64,000 nt of DNA, from the IMG/VR virus record IMGVR_UViG_3300045421_000501, positions 32,001 to 96,000 of that record; one strand, given 5' to 3'. The notes under the pieces were generated by a model that made no database searches, was not told the origin of the DNA, and worked only from the letters and a program-made list of their open reading frames with translations. A program made the position numbers and the translations under genes. Shown here piece after piece: positions 10,122 to 19,116 of this stretch (its first letter is position 1; the number at the start of each line of letters is the position of its first letter). Origin of the DNA: a virus.

Positions 10122-10804
10122 AAATAGATTTACATAGTTTTTTTAAATTTTATGATGATAAAAATCCGAAACATGTTGCTGCAGTAGAACAACTTGAAAA
10201 GGAATTGAAAGATTCTCCTCTAATGGACGATACTTCAAATTGGGTGAGAATTTACCGAAGTAAAGTTGATCGTCCAAAATCATCCATTCGTTTGGATGTT
10301 CCTTATTATCCGCAAACAGATAATTATCGGGATGCTCCACGCACCTGTAATTCATCTTCTTGTGCGATGTGCCTTCAATACTTCAAACCAGGAACTCTTA
10401 AGGGTGTGACTGGTGATGATGCTTATATTCAAAAAGTATTTTCAATTGGCGATACCACAGATCATACAGTTCAAACAAAAGTATTACAATCTTATGGTGT
10501 TTCTTCTGAGTTTAGTTATAATCTTTCTTTTGAGATTCTGGATTCTGAACTTGCTGCGGATCGTCCTGTAGTTATCGGTATTCTTCACCGTGGTCCATTA
10601 TCTGCTCCTACAGGCGGGCATATGGTGGTTGTAATTGGTAAAACAGAATCTGGTGATTATGTTGTAAATGATCCTTATGGAAGTTTGAATGATGGTTACA
10701 CTGGAAATGTGATGAATGGTAAAGGTGCGATTTATAAGAAATCAGAACTTATGTCTAGATGGTGTCCAAATAAAAACGATGGATGGGGGAGAATTTTCAA
10801 ATGA
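10118..10804 (+). CDS. Peptidase C39-like protein (putative endolysin)
   Basis: [29 protein letters not shown] (Cys-His-Asp). Confidence 0.8.
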   Translation: MKIDLHSFFKFYDDKNPKHVAAVEQLEKELKDSPLMDDTSNWVRIYRSKVDRPKSSIRLDVPYYPQTDNYRDAPRTCNSSSCAMCLQYFKPGTLKGVTGDDAYIQKVFSIGDTTDHTVQTKVLQSYGVSSEFSYNLSFEILDSELAADRPVVIGILHRGPLSAPTGGHMVVVIGKTESGDYVVNDPYGSLNDGYTGNVMNGKGAIYKKSELMSRWCPNKNDGWGRIFK

Positions 10805-11475
10805 CAAACATCAGATTTGCAGATGCTGTAAAATACAATAAAGATACTCCTGAGCAACAAAAGGCTTGGGAGTATCTTCAAAATAATGTCCCAGCAAATA
10901 TTCTTGATGAGTTTGCAAGACTTTATCGTCTCAAACCAGTTTATGGAATGCAGTTAGTTACAAAGGAACAACTGGCTCATATTTGGGGATGTAGCACCAA
11001 TTTAATTTTAAGTGAAGAAATAGTAGAATTGAATAAGTGTCTAAATCAATTTGGAATTATTACACCAGTTCGTATTCGTCATTTTCTTTCACAGATTTCT
11101 CATGAATCTGGTGGTGGAAGATATAAGCAAGAACTTGCTTCAGGGGATGATTATGAATGGAGAAGTGATCTGGGAAATAATCAATCTGGAGATGGTCCTA
11201 AGTATAAGGGTGCTGGATATATTCAATTGACTGGTCGTGCAAACTATCAAGATTTTGCAAATTATATGAAAGATCCTAGAATTATGGAAGGTGTTTCTTA
11301 TGTTGCTAAAAATTATCCCTTTACTAGTGCTGGATTCTGGTGGCACAATAACAAAATGAATCAACTCTGTGATGCAAATCCTTCAGTTGAACAAGTTACT
11401 CGCAGAGTAAATGGTGGATATAATGGTCTGGATGATCGTAAGATGTATTATAAAAGATGTTGTTCTGTAATTTAA
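10801..11475 (+). CDS. GH19 chitinase-like endolysin
   Basis: [40 protein letters not shown]. Confidence 0.9.
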   Translation: MTNIRFADAVKYNKDTPEQQKAWEYLQNNVPANILDEFARLYRLKPVYGMQLVTKEQLAHIWGCSTNLILSEEIVELNKCLNQFGIITPVRIRHFLSQISHESGGGRYKQELASGDDYEWRSDLGNNQSGDGPKYKGAGYIQLTGRANYQDFANYMKDPRIMEGVSYVAKNYPFTSAGFWWHNNKMNQLCDANPSVEQVTRRVNGGYNGLDDRKMYYKRCCSVI

Positions 11476-11489
11476 TTTTTTACTTTTGC

Positions 11490-11518
11490 TTGACAAATCC
11501 TAAATAATCACTTATAAT
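11490..11518 (+). promoter_or_regulatory. Sigma70 promoter with nested late-type CTAAATA
   Basis: TTGACA-N17-TATAAT; CTAAATA in the spacer. Confidence 0.8.
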
Positions 11519-11574
11519 GTTTAAGCAATTTTTAAAAAAAGATTGCTTTTTTATTATGAGATTTTGAGTGCGAT

Positions 11575-11642
11575 TTAGAGCCGTGGAAAGTGCCCTTTGA
11601 GAAAAGGGTATACCCCCTTTCTATACGGATGTAGAGTTCTAT
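11575..11642 (+). ncRNA. Candidate structured cis-regulatory RNA in the 5' UTR of the lysozyme-like gene
   Basis: CCGTGGAAAG/CTTTCTATACGG outer stem enclosing a CCCTTT-GAGA-AAAGGG GNRA hairpin; GC-rich island in an AT-rich UTR. Confidence 0.5.
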
Positions 11643-11650
11643 TATTTTAA

Positions 11651-12310
11651 ATGCTATTTTCAACAATTACAGCCTTCTCAGTGTCTGCCTTAACTGCTTT
11701 CAATTCACCTTTATTACTTCCAGTGAATGAACCCCCAGCAGTTTCACAAGATAGTTTAGAGTTGACAATTCAAGACTATCTAAAAAGAGCAGAATCCAAA
11801 CCAGAAAAACCGAATATTGCAGAACAAGAAACAAAGGTCGAAAAAATAGAAAAGGTTTGGAAATGTAAAGGGTGTAATCATACCGAAACTTATACTTTGG
11901 AATACCTACAAAAACAAGGTATCAAAGATAAGAATGCTCTCGCCACCATTATGGGTAATATCAAACAAGAAAGTGATTTTATTCCAAACATTTGTGAAGG
12001 TGGTGCGATTACAAGATACGAATTTTGTAATGCTGGTTACGGATTAATTCAGTGGACTTCAAGTGACAGATATTACAGATTAGGTTCTGTTGCTCGTGCT
12101 GTTGGATTGAGTCCCTCATCATTGGAAGGTCAACTCAAACATATGTTGACTGAACCTCAATGGAAAGAGATTGAATATCAAATGAAATCTCCTGGAAGAT
12201 CTATTGACGGTTATATGAATGTTGCTTATCGTTGGATTGGTTGGGGCATTCATGGTGCTCGCACCAACTTTGCTTATCGATACGCAAATAAAATGTATCT
12301 CGATAGTTGA
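11651..12310 (+). CDS. Secreted phage-tail-lysozyme-like cell wall hydrolase
   Basis: Signal-peptide-like N-terminus; ATIMGNIKQES and GYGLIQWT motifs. Confidence 0.8.
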   Translation: MLFSTITAFSVSALTAFNSPLLLPVNEPPAVSQDSLELTIQDYLKRAESKPEKPNIAEQETKVEKIEKVWKCKGCNHTETYTLEYLQKQGIKDKNALATIMGNIKQESDFIPNICEGGAITRYEFCNAGYGLIQWTSSDRYYRLGSVARAVGLSPSSLEGQLKHMLTEPQWKEIEYQMKSPGRSIDGYMNVAYRWIGWGIHGARTNFAYRYANKMYLDS

Positions 12311-12318
12311 ATAAATAT

Positions 12319-12345
12319 GGGAAGACTGGCCATCTTCCCTTTTTT
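12319..12345 (+). terminator. Rho-independent terminator
   Basis: GGGAAGA-ctggcca-TCTTCCC-TTTTTT. Confidence 0.7.
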
Positions 12346-12756
12346 ATGAATTTTAACTTTGGAAAGAAATCAAAAAGTATTTTTCAATACGCAATTATTG
12401 GAATCGTCTTTACTTCAATTGTAACTGGAGTTTCTAGATGTACCAAGATTCCAGAAGAGCAACTTTATGATATTGTAGATGAAGTTCAAAGAAAACTTCC
12501 TGGAAAACCTTTGAATGATTATATAATCACAGATCCAGTTCTTTTGGATCGTAGAGTCAAAAGAGATGTAGACAGAGCAATTCGTGTCGTGGCACCAGAG
12601 TATGATCGGATTATTTCCGATTATGATAAAAAATATAAACAAAAATACGTAGAAGAAAAAAATGATGAAACATTATGCTATACTGATGAATGTAAAACAC
12701 TTGCTCCGCCAATGAGAATCTGTTCTCCATGGATTGACGATTGCTCTAAAGAATGA
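12346..12756 (+). CDS. Membrane-anchored hypothetical protein with Cys-rich C-terminus
   Basis: MNFNFGKK start, TM helix, CYTDEC..PPMRIC. Confidence 0.6.
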   Translation: MNFNFGKKSKSIFQYAIIGIVFTSIVTGVSRCTKIPEEQLYDIVDEVQRKLPGKPLNDYIITDPVLLDRRVKRDVDRAIRVVAPEYDRIISDYDKKYKQKYVEEKNDETLCYTDECKTLAPPMRICSPWIDDCSKE

Positions 12757-12770
12757 TATACTATGTTCAT

Positions 12771-12844
12771 GTCTCAGTAACTCAGTGGACAAGAGTATCC
12801 GCCTTCTAAGCGGTTAGCCGTTGGTTCGAATCCAACCTGAGACG
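12771..12844 (+). tRNA. tRNA-Arg(UCU)
   Basis: Cloverleaf; anticodon loop CTTCTAA; TTCGAAT T-loop. Confidence 0.92.
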
Positions 12845-12846
12845 TT

Positions 12847-12920
12847 CGGGCATTAGCGCAGTTTGGTAGCGCGTCCCGTTTGGGGCGGGAAGGTCAAAGG
12901 TTCAAATCCTTTATGCCCGA
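12847..12920 (+). tRNA. tRNA-Pro(UGG)
   Basis: CGGGCAT/ATGCCCG acceptor; loop TTTGGGG. Confidence 0.92.
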
Positions 12921-12923
12921 CTT

Positions 12924-12996
12924 GGAACCATAGCTTAGTTGGTAGAGCATTCGACTGATAATCGAAAGGTCATTGGTTCAAATCCAATTGGTTTCA
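12924..12996 (+). tRNA. tRNA-Ile(GAU)
   Basis: TTCGA-CTGATAA-TCGAA anticodon arm. Confidence 0.92.
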
Positions 12997-13005
12997 TCCT
13001 TTTTC

Positions 13006-13076
13006 GGGGAATTAGTTTAGTGGTAAAACAGATGCTTTGCAAGCATCAATCACCAGTTCGACTCTGGTATTCTCCA
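13006..13076 (+). tRNA. tRNA-Ala(UGC)
   Basis: GGGGAAT/ATTCTCC acceptor with G3-U70; loop TTTGCAA. Confidence 0.92.
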
Positions 13077-13141
13077 TTGCTCATATAAATATTTTGAGCA
13101 AGTTTGTACATAAAATTGAAGTAGCAACTTCATTATTATAT

Positions 13142-13213
13142 TCCCTTGTAGCTCAGCGGTAGAGTCGTCGGCTGTTAACCGATTTGTCGCAAGTTCGAAT
13201 CTTGCCGGGGGAG
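13142..13213 (+). tRNA. tRNA-Asn(GUU)
   Basis: GTCGG-CTGTTAA-CCGAT anticodon arm. Confidence 0.92.
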
Positions 13214-13215
13214 TT

Positions 13216-13286
13216 GCCCTATAAGCATTGTGGTGATGCAGCAGTTTTGTAAACTGCAGAGGATGGTTCAATTCCGTCATGGGGCT
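13216..13286 (+). tRNA. tRNA-Thr(UGU)
   Basis: GCAGT-TTTGTAA-ACTGC anticodon arm. Confidence 0.9.
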
Positions 13287-13314
13287 TGACAAAACAAATA
13301 ATACGTTTTATAAT
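13286..13314 (+). promoter_or_regulatory. Sigma70 promoter
   Basis: TTGACA-N17-TATAAT. Confidence 0.8.
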
Positions 13315-13334
13315 TTGTTTATCCGTGTGAAGGA

Positions 13335-13706
13335 ATGATGCTTGATACAATATTGACAATCGTGATAAGTCTTTCTCAACAGAAACTTTATGCTCATACT
13401 AGTGATGGAAATATTGTATCTTTTCCAGTTTCAACTGGAAAGAAATCTACACCGACTCCTATTACTGAAGATAAAATTTCGATAAAACGTAAAGTTACTG
13501 ATTTTTATGGACCGGGATATTACATTAAGGATGTTCCTTATGTGATGTGTTTGGATAAGTATCCTTCACACTGTATTCATCCAAATCTTTCTAGCAGACC
13601 TTTGGGACATCCTTATTCTGGTGGATGTATTCGTATGAATGAAAAAGATGTTCAATGGGTTTTTGAAAGAACACCATTGAATACTCCAGTTAAAATTATA
13701 TCTTAA
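13335..13706 (+). CDS. L,D-transpeptidase (YkuD-family) catalytic domain
   Basis: ISLSQQKLY, FPVSTGK..TPTP, IH...SGGCIRM. Confidence 0.8.
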   Translation: MMLDTILTIVISLSQQKLYAHTSDGNIVSFPVSTGKKSTPTPITEDKISIKRKVTDFYGPGYYIKDVPYVMCLDKYPSHCIHPNLSSRPLGHPYSGGCIRMNEKDVQWVFERTPLNTPVKIIS

Positions 13707-13820
13707 TAAATATAAGTAAATATGATATTTTAGACTGTTCTAATTTTCTAGATGAAATAAAAATATGTAAAGAAACAGTTAGAGAATATTTTAGAAAAAA
13801 AAGAATAATTTTTTTATTTT

Positions 13821-13892
13821 GCGGAATTAGTTCAGTGGTAGAACGCCATCCTTCCAAGTTGGATGTCACCGGTTCGAATCCGGTATTCCGCT
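13821..13892 (+). tRNA. tRNA-Gly(UCC)
   Basis: GCGGAAT/ATTCCGC acceptor; loop CTTCCAA. Confidence 0.9.
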
Positions 13893-13895
13893 TAT

Positions 13896-13975
13896 GCCCA
13901 AGTGGTGAAACTGGTATACACGCTTGACTTAGGATCAAGTGCTTCGGCGTGGAGGTTCGAGTCCTCTCTTGGGCA
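13896..13975 (+). tRNA. tRNA-Leu(UAG)
   Basis: CTTGA-CTTAGGA-TCAAG; long variable arm. Confidence 0.92.
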
Positions 13976-14010
13976 TGTATAAAAACCATATATAAAAATA
14001 AATATCTGCA

Positions 14011-14598
14011 ATGAAAGAACTTTGTAAAAATTTATATACATGTCACTTAGGATTCGATTGGTGTACACCAGAAGAACTTTCAATTATTGAAAATAAACTT
14101 ATAATTGGACATCTATTTAGAAAAAAATATTATAATACACGTCAATATTCCTACCCCAATATTTTTGTAAATTCACGCATTGAACATCTAATTAAAATAA
14201 TAAAAACTAAAATATTTGAATGTTTTCCAAAAGTTATTTTGGAAAATGAAGAACCAAATAAATTTTTTTACATATCAAATTTAGATTGGGGAAAATGTGT
14301 GTTGCATCATCATTTAAATATTCCTAATCATTTGCGTAGTGTTGTTTGCGATCTGTCTAAATATGAGAAAGGAATAACCACAGTTTTTTATTTAAAAAAG
14401 CAAATAATAAATCAATACGATGGGGCATTTGCTTATCTATTGAATGATAGATGCTATATTCATCAAGGAATTGCTGGGGACTTATTAGTTTTGCCTTCGA
14501 ATGCATATCATGCACCATTATTAACTAAATCAAAGGAATATAGAATATCTTTGAATATTAATTTTAAAACTGTAAATAATATAAATGATTTTACATGA
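14011..14598 (+). CDS. Putative 2OG-Fe(II) oxygenase-like protein
   Basis: HxH, TTVFYL, GDLLVLPSNAYH, RISLNIN double-stranded beta-helix pattern. Confidence 0.55.
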   Translation: MKELCKNLYTCHLGFDWCTPEELSIIENKLIIGHLFRKKYYNTRQYSYPNIFVNSRIEHLIKIIKTKIFECFPKVILENEEPNKFFYISNLDWGKCVLHHHLNIPNHLRSVVCDLSKYEKGITTVFYLKKQIINQYDGAFAYLLNDRCYIHQGIAGDLLVLPSNAYHAPLLTKSKEYRISLNINFKTVNNINDFT

Positions 14599-14789
14599 AA
14601 AAAACCAAATTTCAAAAATTAATTCAAAAACCATTAAGATTTCATCATCAAGATATTCACGAAGAAATTGATAACATAAAGGTACTATTATATGAACTTA
14701 ACAATCAGATGCAAGGTTTGCAATACAGAATTGACCAGCTCCTCCAAAAAACAGATTTGTGGATGCCAGAATATGATGACGTTGAATGA
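14595..14789 (+). CDS. Hypothetical protein
   Basis: 'PLRFHHQDIHEE' small conserved-type cyanophage ORF. Confidence 0.5.
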   Translation: MKKTKFQKLIQKPLRFHHQDIHEEIDNIKVLLYELNNQMQGLQYRIDQLLQKTDLWMPEYDDVE

Positions 14790-14940
14790 TAATAAAATTT
14801 CTGCAGTTGACCTTTCTCAGGTGATTGTGGTAAAATCTATTAATTCATTTGAAGGAAAATATCTTTCGGATGAAGATCTTGAATATCAAGAATCTCGTAA
14901 GAAAAGAAAAGTTCGTAAAATGGAATTTGAAATTAAATAG
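14692..14940 (+). CDS. Zn-ribbon hypothetical protein
   Basis: RCKVC..CGCQN; ends RKKRKVRKMEFEIK. Confidence 0.65.
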   Translation: MNLTIRCKVCNTELTSSSKKQICGCQNMMTLNDNKISAVDLSQVIVVKSINSFEGKYLSDEDLEYQESRKKRKVRKMEFEIK

Positions 14941-15025
14941 GGAAAGGTGGCCGAGTGGTTTAAGGCAACAGTCTTGAAAACTGTCGAGGTGAAATCCTCC
15001 GTGAGTTCGAATCTCACTCTTTCCG
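14941..15025 (+). tRNA. tRNA-Ser(UGA)
   Basis: ACAGT-CTTGAAA-ACTGT; long variable arm. Confidence 0.92.
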
Positions 15026-15032
15026 TTTGCTC

Positions 15033-15061
15033 TTGACAACCGAGAGCATTTTTGCTATAAT
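15033..15061 (+). promoter_or_regulatory. Sigma70 promoter
   Basis: TTGACA-N17-TATAAT. Confidence 0.8.
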
Positions 15062-15085
15062 ACACGAGTAAACAAATTTTTAAAA

Positions 15086-15313
15086 ATGTCCAGGAGTCCA
15101 TTTTTTTCAAAATTCAAAACTGATATTAAAAAACTTACTGCAGCAATTGAAGGAAACATCTATCTAGATGAAGAATATCCAAAATTATATGATAAACTTT
15201 ATAAGTATTATAAGTCTCGCGGAGTTTATTTTTATGATGATGCAGAAAAGGATTATAATGTAATTCTTGATAGTGTTGAATATGATTTGATGGATTCTGG
15301 TGTATTAGTCTAA
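15086..15313 (+). CDS. Conserved cyanophage hypothetical protein
   Basis: ORF directly after promoter; 'PKLYDKLYKYY..GVYF...DY'. Confidence 0.6.
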   Translation: MSRSPFFSKFKTDIKKLTAAIEGNIYLDEEYPKLYDKLYKYYKSRGVYFYDDAEKDYNVILDSVEYDLMDSGVLV

Positions 15314-15357
15314 ATAAATAATTTTTGGAATAATGTACAAAAATCCAGCCTTCACTA

Positions 15358-15579
15358 ATGACAAAAACAAGTATTCTTCGTTACTTGGGTAATATTCTTC
15401 TTATATTTGGATATTACATTATGTTATGGGGAAGTTTTAAAAATGGATTATTAATAAAATGTGTAGGAGGAATTATGACGTTTCCTTTTGCACTTAAATA
15501 TAAATTGTGGGATATGGTATTTCTATGTGTATTTTTTTCTAGCATAGAAATATCTAAACTCATATGTCTATTTTCCTAG
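15358..15579 (+). CDS. Small membrane protein
   Basis: Three hydrophobic segments; LRYLGN, KLWD. Confidence 0.6.
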   Translation: MTKTSILRYLGNILLIFGYYIMLWGSFKNGLLIKCVGGIMTFPFALKYKLWDMVFLCVFFSSIEISKLICLFS

Positions 15580-15712
15580 TTTATAAAAACTAGGTGGTGG
15601 AGTCAAATCGACCCATGTGCTCGTCGGATGCACAATAAATTATGCCGACTGGTGTGGATGAGGTAATCCCGCTTAGTTTCTTATTTCTAATTAAAAAATA
15701 AGTGGCGAGCAT
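15573..15712 (+). ncRNA. wcaG-like RNA motif (three UGGYG-containing structured units)
   Basis: UGGYG at 15595, 15650 and 15703, each after a paired region; lies 5' of an NAD-dependent epimerase as known wcaG RNAs do. Confidence 0.65.
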
Positions 15713-15762
15713 AATTGCAATTAATTTATTATAATATGTACAAATAATTTTTATTAAATAGT

Positions 15763-16821
15763 ATGTCAAATTATACTAAAACTGCATTAGTTCTTGGTGC
15801 AGGTGGTTTTATTGGAAGCCATATGGTAAAAAGACTTCGTTCAGAAGGATATTGGGTTCGTGGGGTTGATCTAAAACAACCAGAATTTTCTGAAACCGGA
15901 GCAAATGAATTTATTGTTGGAGATCTTAGAAATGTAGAATTTGTTTCTAGATGTATAAGATTTAAAGGAGATCAGGGAAATTTTTATCATCCAGTTCCAC
16001 ATCGATATCATCAAGCATTTGATGAAATTTATCAATTTGCTGCCGATATGGGTGGAGCAGGATTTGTTTTTACTGGAGAAAATGATGCTGACATTATGCA
16101 TAATTCAGTATCAATTAATCTAAATGTTCTAGAAGAACAGAAAAAATTTAATGATCAACTTGGCATGAATTTCACTAAAATTTTTTATAGTGGATCCGCA
16201 TGTATGTATCCAGAACATAATCAGTTAGATCCTGATAATCCTGATTGTCGTGAACAATCTGCATACCCAGCAAATCCAGATTCTGAATATGGATGGGAAA
16301 AACTGTTCTCGGAACGTCTTTACTTTGCTTATCATCGCAACTATGGTATTCCTGTACGTGTTGCTCGATATCATAATATATTCGGGCCAGAAGGGACCTG
16401 GAAAGGCGGAAGGGAAAAAGCACCCGCAGCAATCTGCCGTAAGGTAGCAGAACTTCCAGTATGTGGTGGTACTATTGAGGTATGGGGTGACGGAAAACAA
16501 ACTCGTTCTTTCCTTTATATCGATGAGTGTATTGAAGCAACTCGTAGATTAATGGACTCTGACTTCATTGGACCAGTGAATATTGGTTCCGAAGAAATGG
16601 TGACTATCAATCAACTTGTCGATATTGCTGCAAAGGTTGCGGGTAAACCAGTGCAAAAAATGCACAAGTTGGATGCTCCTCTTGGAGTTCGTGGTCGTAA
16701 TTCAAATAATGATTTAATCCGACAAAAATTGGGATGGGATTATTCACAAACACTTGAAGAAGGAATTCGAAAAACATATAATTGGATTCAAAATCAAATC
16801 TTAAATAATGTTTTTGAATAA
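15763..16821 (+). CDS. NAD-dependent epimerase, GDP-mannose 3,5-epimerase-like
   Basis: GAGGFIG, AADMGG, YGWEK, GGREKAPAAICRK. Confidence 0.9.
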   Translation: MSNYTKTALVLGAGGFIGSHMVKRLRSEGYWVRGVDLKQPEFSETGANEFIVGDLRNVEFVSRCIRFKGDQGNFYHPVPHRYHQAFDEIYQFAADMGGAGFVFTGENDADIMHNSVSINLNVLEEQKKFNDQLGMNFTKIFYSGSACMYPEHNQLDPDNPDCREQSAYPANPDSEYGWEKLFSERLYFAYHRNYGIPVRVARYHNIFGPEGTWKGGREKAPAAICRKVAELPVCGGTIEVWGDGKQTRSFLYIDECIEATRRLMDSDFIGPVNIGSEEMVTINQLVDIAAKVAGKPVQKMHKLDAPLGVRGRNSNNDLIRQKLGWDYSQTLEEGIRKTYNWIQNQILNNVFE

Positions 16822-16847
16822 TTAGTTGCGGATATTAATTGAATCAA

Positions 16848-17504
16848 ATGAATACACAGTACAATTTTGAAACGGATAAACTAAAGAATTTATTCAAAGA
16901 TTCTGATAAAATTGAAAAAAATTTTTCACAGGCTTATCAGGACCTTTTTGTTCTCACAATGTTGAATGGAAAAACTTCAGGAAAATATATTGAAATTGGT
17001 GGAAATAATCCTGTAGTTATTAATAATACATATTTACTTGAAAGTCAATTTAAGTGGAAAGGATTTTCTTTAGATATTGATGATTCTATGGCAAAAATTT
17101 ATAATTTAGTTAGGGCAAACAAATGTGAATGTTTTGATGCTACAAAGTTTGATTATAATAAAAAAATAAAATCATTGAAATGGAAGACAAATCAAATTGA
17201 TTATCTATCAGTTGATTGTGAACCTGCAATGACTACTTTTGCAGCTCTCAAAAAAATTCCACATGATGAATATAGATTTTCTGTAATTACATATGAGACG
17301 GATGTATATAAAGATGGAAATCAAGCAAAAGAATTATCAAGAAATTTTTTACAAAAATTGGGATATCAATTGGTATCTGCAGATGTCTGCAATGGAGGAA
17401 ATCCATATGAAGATTGGTATGTAGATCCTCAAATAGTAAGTGAAAATATTTGGAAAAGTTTTGAAAGCAATGGTGCAGAAGCTAGAATATTATTTGTAAA
17501 ATGA
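16848..17504 (+). CDS. FkbM-like SAM-dependent methyltransferase
   Basis: SQAYQD, YIEIG, NNTYLLE..WKG, IDYLSVDCE. Confidence 0.75.
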   Translation: MNTQYNFETDKLKNLFKDSDKIEKNFSQAYQDLFVLTMLNGKTSGKYIEIGGNNPVVINNTYLLESQFKWKGFSLDIDDSMAKIYNLVRANKCECFDATKFDYNKKIKSLKWKTNQIDYLSVDCEPAMTTFAALKKIPHDEYRFSVITYETDVYKDGNQAKELSRNFLQKLGYQLVSADVCNGGNPYEDWYVDPQIVSENIWKSFESNGAEARILFVK

Positions 17505-18280
17505 CACTTAAGATTTCTCATTGGTATGGTCGTCTTGGAAATAATATTCAACAATGTGCTGTTGGTATTATGGCTGCAGAATTGATTGGGGGAACATTTG
17601 AAAGTATAAATCATGATACAATTGATACAATTAATGTTTCTTTTGGTGATAATTCGCAAGATGCATTATCAAAATTTTTTTATTGGGAAGGATCAAATAA
17701 AGAAATCGATATTGATTCCGAATACGTTCGAAAAAATATACGAAGAATCTGCAAAAATCACATTTCAAAACGTCTTAAGATCCCTAAGCAAGAACTTTTT
17801 TCAGATAATACTATTGTTATTCATGTTCGTAGTGGCGATATTTTTAGCATTGAACATAAAGATGGTCATAATTACGTTCCTAATCCTTTGGATTATTATG
17901 AATCGTTAATTGATAAGTTTGATCAAGCAATTATTGTTACTGAAAATGATAATCACAATCCAATTGTAGAGATTTTGAAAAATAATTCAAAAGTAATAAT
18001 TCAGTCTTCTTCAATAGAAAATGATTTTGCAACTTTAATGTCGGCAAAGAATTTAGCTTCTTCTGGAGTAGGAACTTTTTGTGTTGCAGCAGCTTTGTGT
18101 TCAAATAATATTCGCAATTTTTATTGTACGGATTTAATGTTGACAGAACATTTAAATTATAGTATGATTGTTAATACTGATATAGAAGTATTTGTTTGCA
18201 ATTTGAAAAATTATATACCAATAGGTGAATGGAAAAACACAAATGAACAAAGAAAATTTATTTTGGAATATAAGATATGA
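17501..18280 (+). CDS. GT11-like (fucosyltransferase-fold) glycosyltransferase
   Basis: GRLGNN, IHVRSGD, GTF motif. Confidence 0.65.
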   Translation: MTLKISHWYGRLGNNIQQCAVGIMAAELIGGTFESINHDTIDTINVSFGDNSQDALSKFFYWEGSNKEIDIDSEYVRKNIRRICKNHISKRLKIPKQELFSDNTIVIHVRSGDIFSIEHKDGHNYVPNPLDYYESLIDKFDQAIIVTENDNHNPIVEILKNNSKVIIQSSSIENDFATLMSAKNLASSGVGTFCVAAALCSNNIRNFYCTDLMLTEHLNYSMIVNTDIEVFVCNLKNYIPIGEWKNTNEQRKFILEYKI

Positions 18281-19116
18281 AAATATTTGATTCTCTTCTT
18301 TTCTTCAATGAATTAGATTTATTGGAACTCAGAATGAATATTCTTGGGGATTATGTAGATTATTTTGTGATCAATGAAGCAAATGTTACATTTACTGGAA
18401 AAGAAAAACAATTATATTTTCAGGAAAATCGTCAAAGATTTAAAAAATGGGATGATAAAATAATACATAATGTGATTATAGATAATAATGATAATTTTGA
18501 AAATTATATTGACGGCAAATTATATCATCGACCATTGAAGGAAGATAACATATATAAACTTCCAATGCACTATCAAAGAGATGTTTTTCACAGAGACAGT
18601 TGCATCTATGGAATTTTGCAAGAAGCACAGGATGATGATATTATATTCACGAGTGATGCTGATGAAATTGCAAATCCGTTGGTTGTCGAAAGAATGGGTG
18701 ATTGGTTTGATCGAAGCAATCATTATGTAATGGTTGGCCCTTGTTATTATTATTACTTAAATGTTCAGGTAGAAGATAATTGGATGGGAACAAGAGTATG
18801 TACTTTAGAGCATCTTAAAACTACTAGTATAGATAAACTAAGGCAATCTCATAAAGATGCTTGGAAAATAATGAGTGGTGGGTGGCATTGGAGTTTTTTT
18901 GGTGGAGCTGATCGAGTTCGTGCTAAAATTGAAGCATACGCTCATCAAGAACATAATATAGAACAATTAAAAATGTCAATGGAAAGTAGAATCGAAAATA
19001 ATGAAGATCCTTGTGGTAGAGATTATTTTAAGCTAAGAACTGTTCCAATTGATAATAGTTTTCCGGAATATATTCAATATAATAAAAATAAACTTTTGCA
19101 ATATATTAAAAAATGA
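18277..19116 (+). CDS. GT17 (GnT-III-like) glycosyltransferase
   Basis: FFNELDLLELR, VDYFVINE, SDADEI, GGWHWSF. Confidence 0.85.
   Translation: MKIFDSLLFFNELDLLELRMNILGDYVDYFVINEANVTFTGKEKQLYFQENRQRFKKWDDKIIHNVIIDNNDNFENYIDGKLYHRPLKEDNIYKLPMHYQRDVFHRDSCIYGILQEAQDDDIIFTSDADEIANPLVVERMGDWFDRSNHYVMVGPCYYYYLNVQVEDNWMGTRVCTLEHLKTTSIDKLRQSHKDAWKIMSGGWHWSFFGGADRVRAKIEAYAHQEHNIEQLKMSMESRIENNEDPCGRDYFKLRTVPIDNSFPEYIQYNKNKLLQYIKK

Noticed and set aside
13050-15110. Minus-strand ORFs 13050-13292, 13696-13989, 13892-14083, 14845-15039 and 14886-15110
   Set aside because: Antisense shadows of tRNA genes
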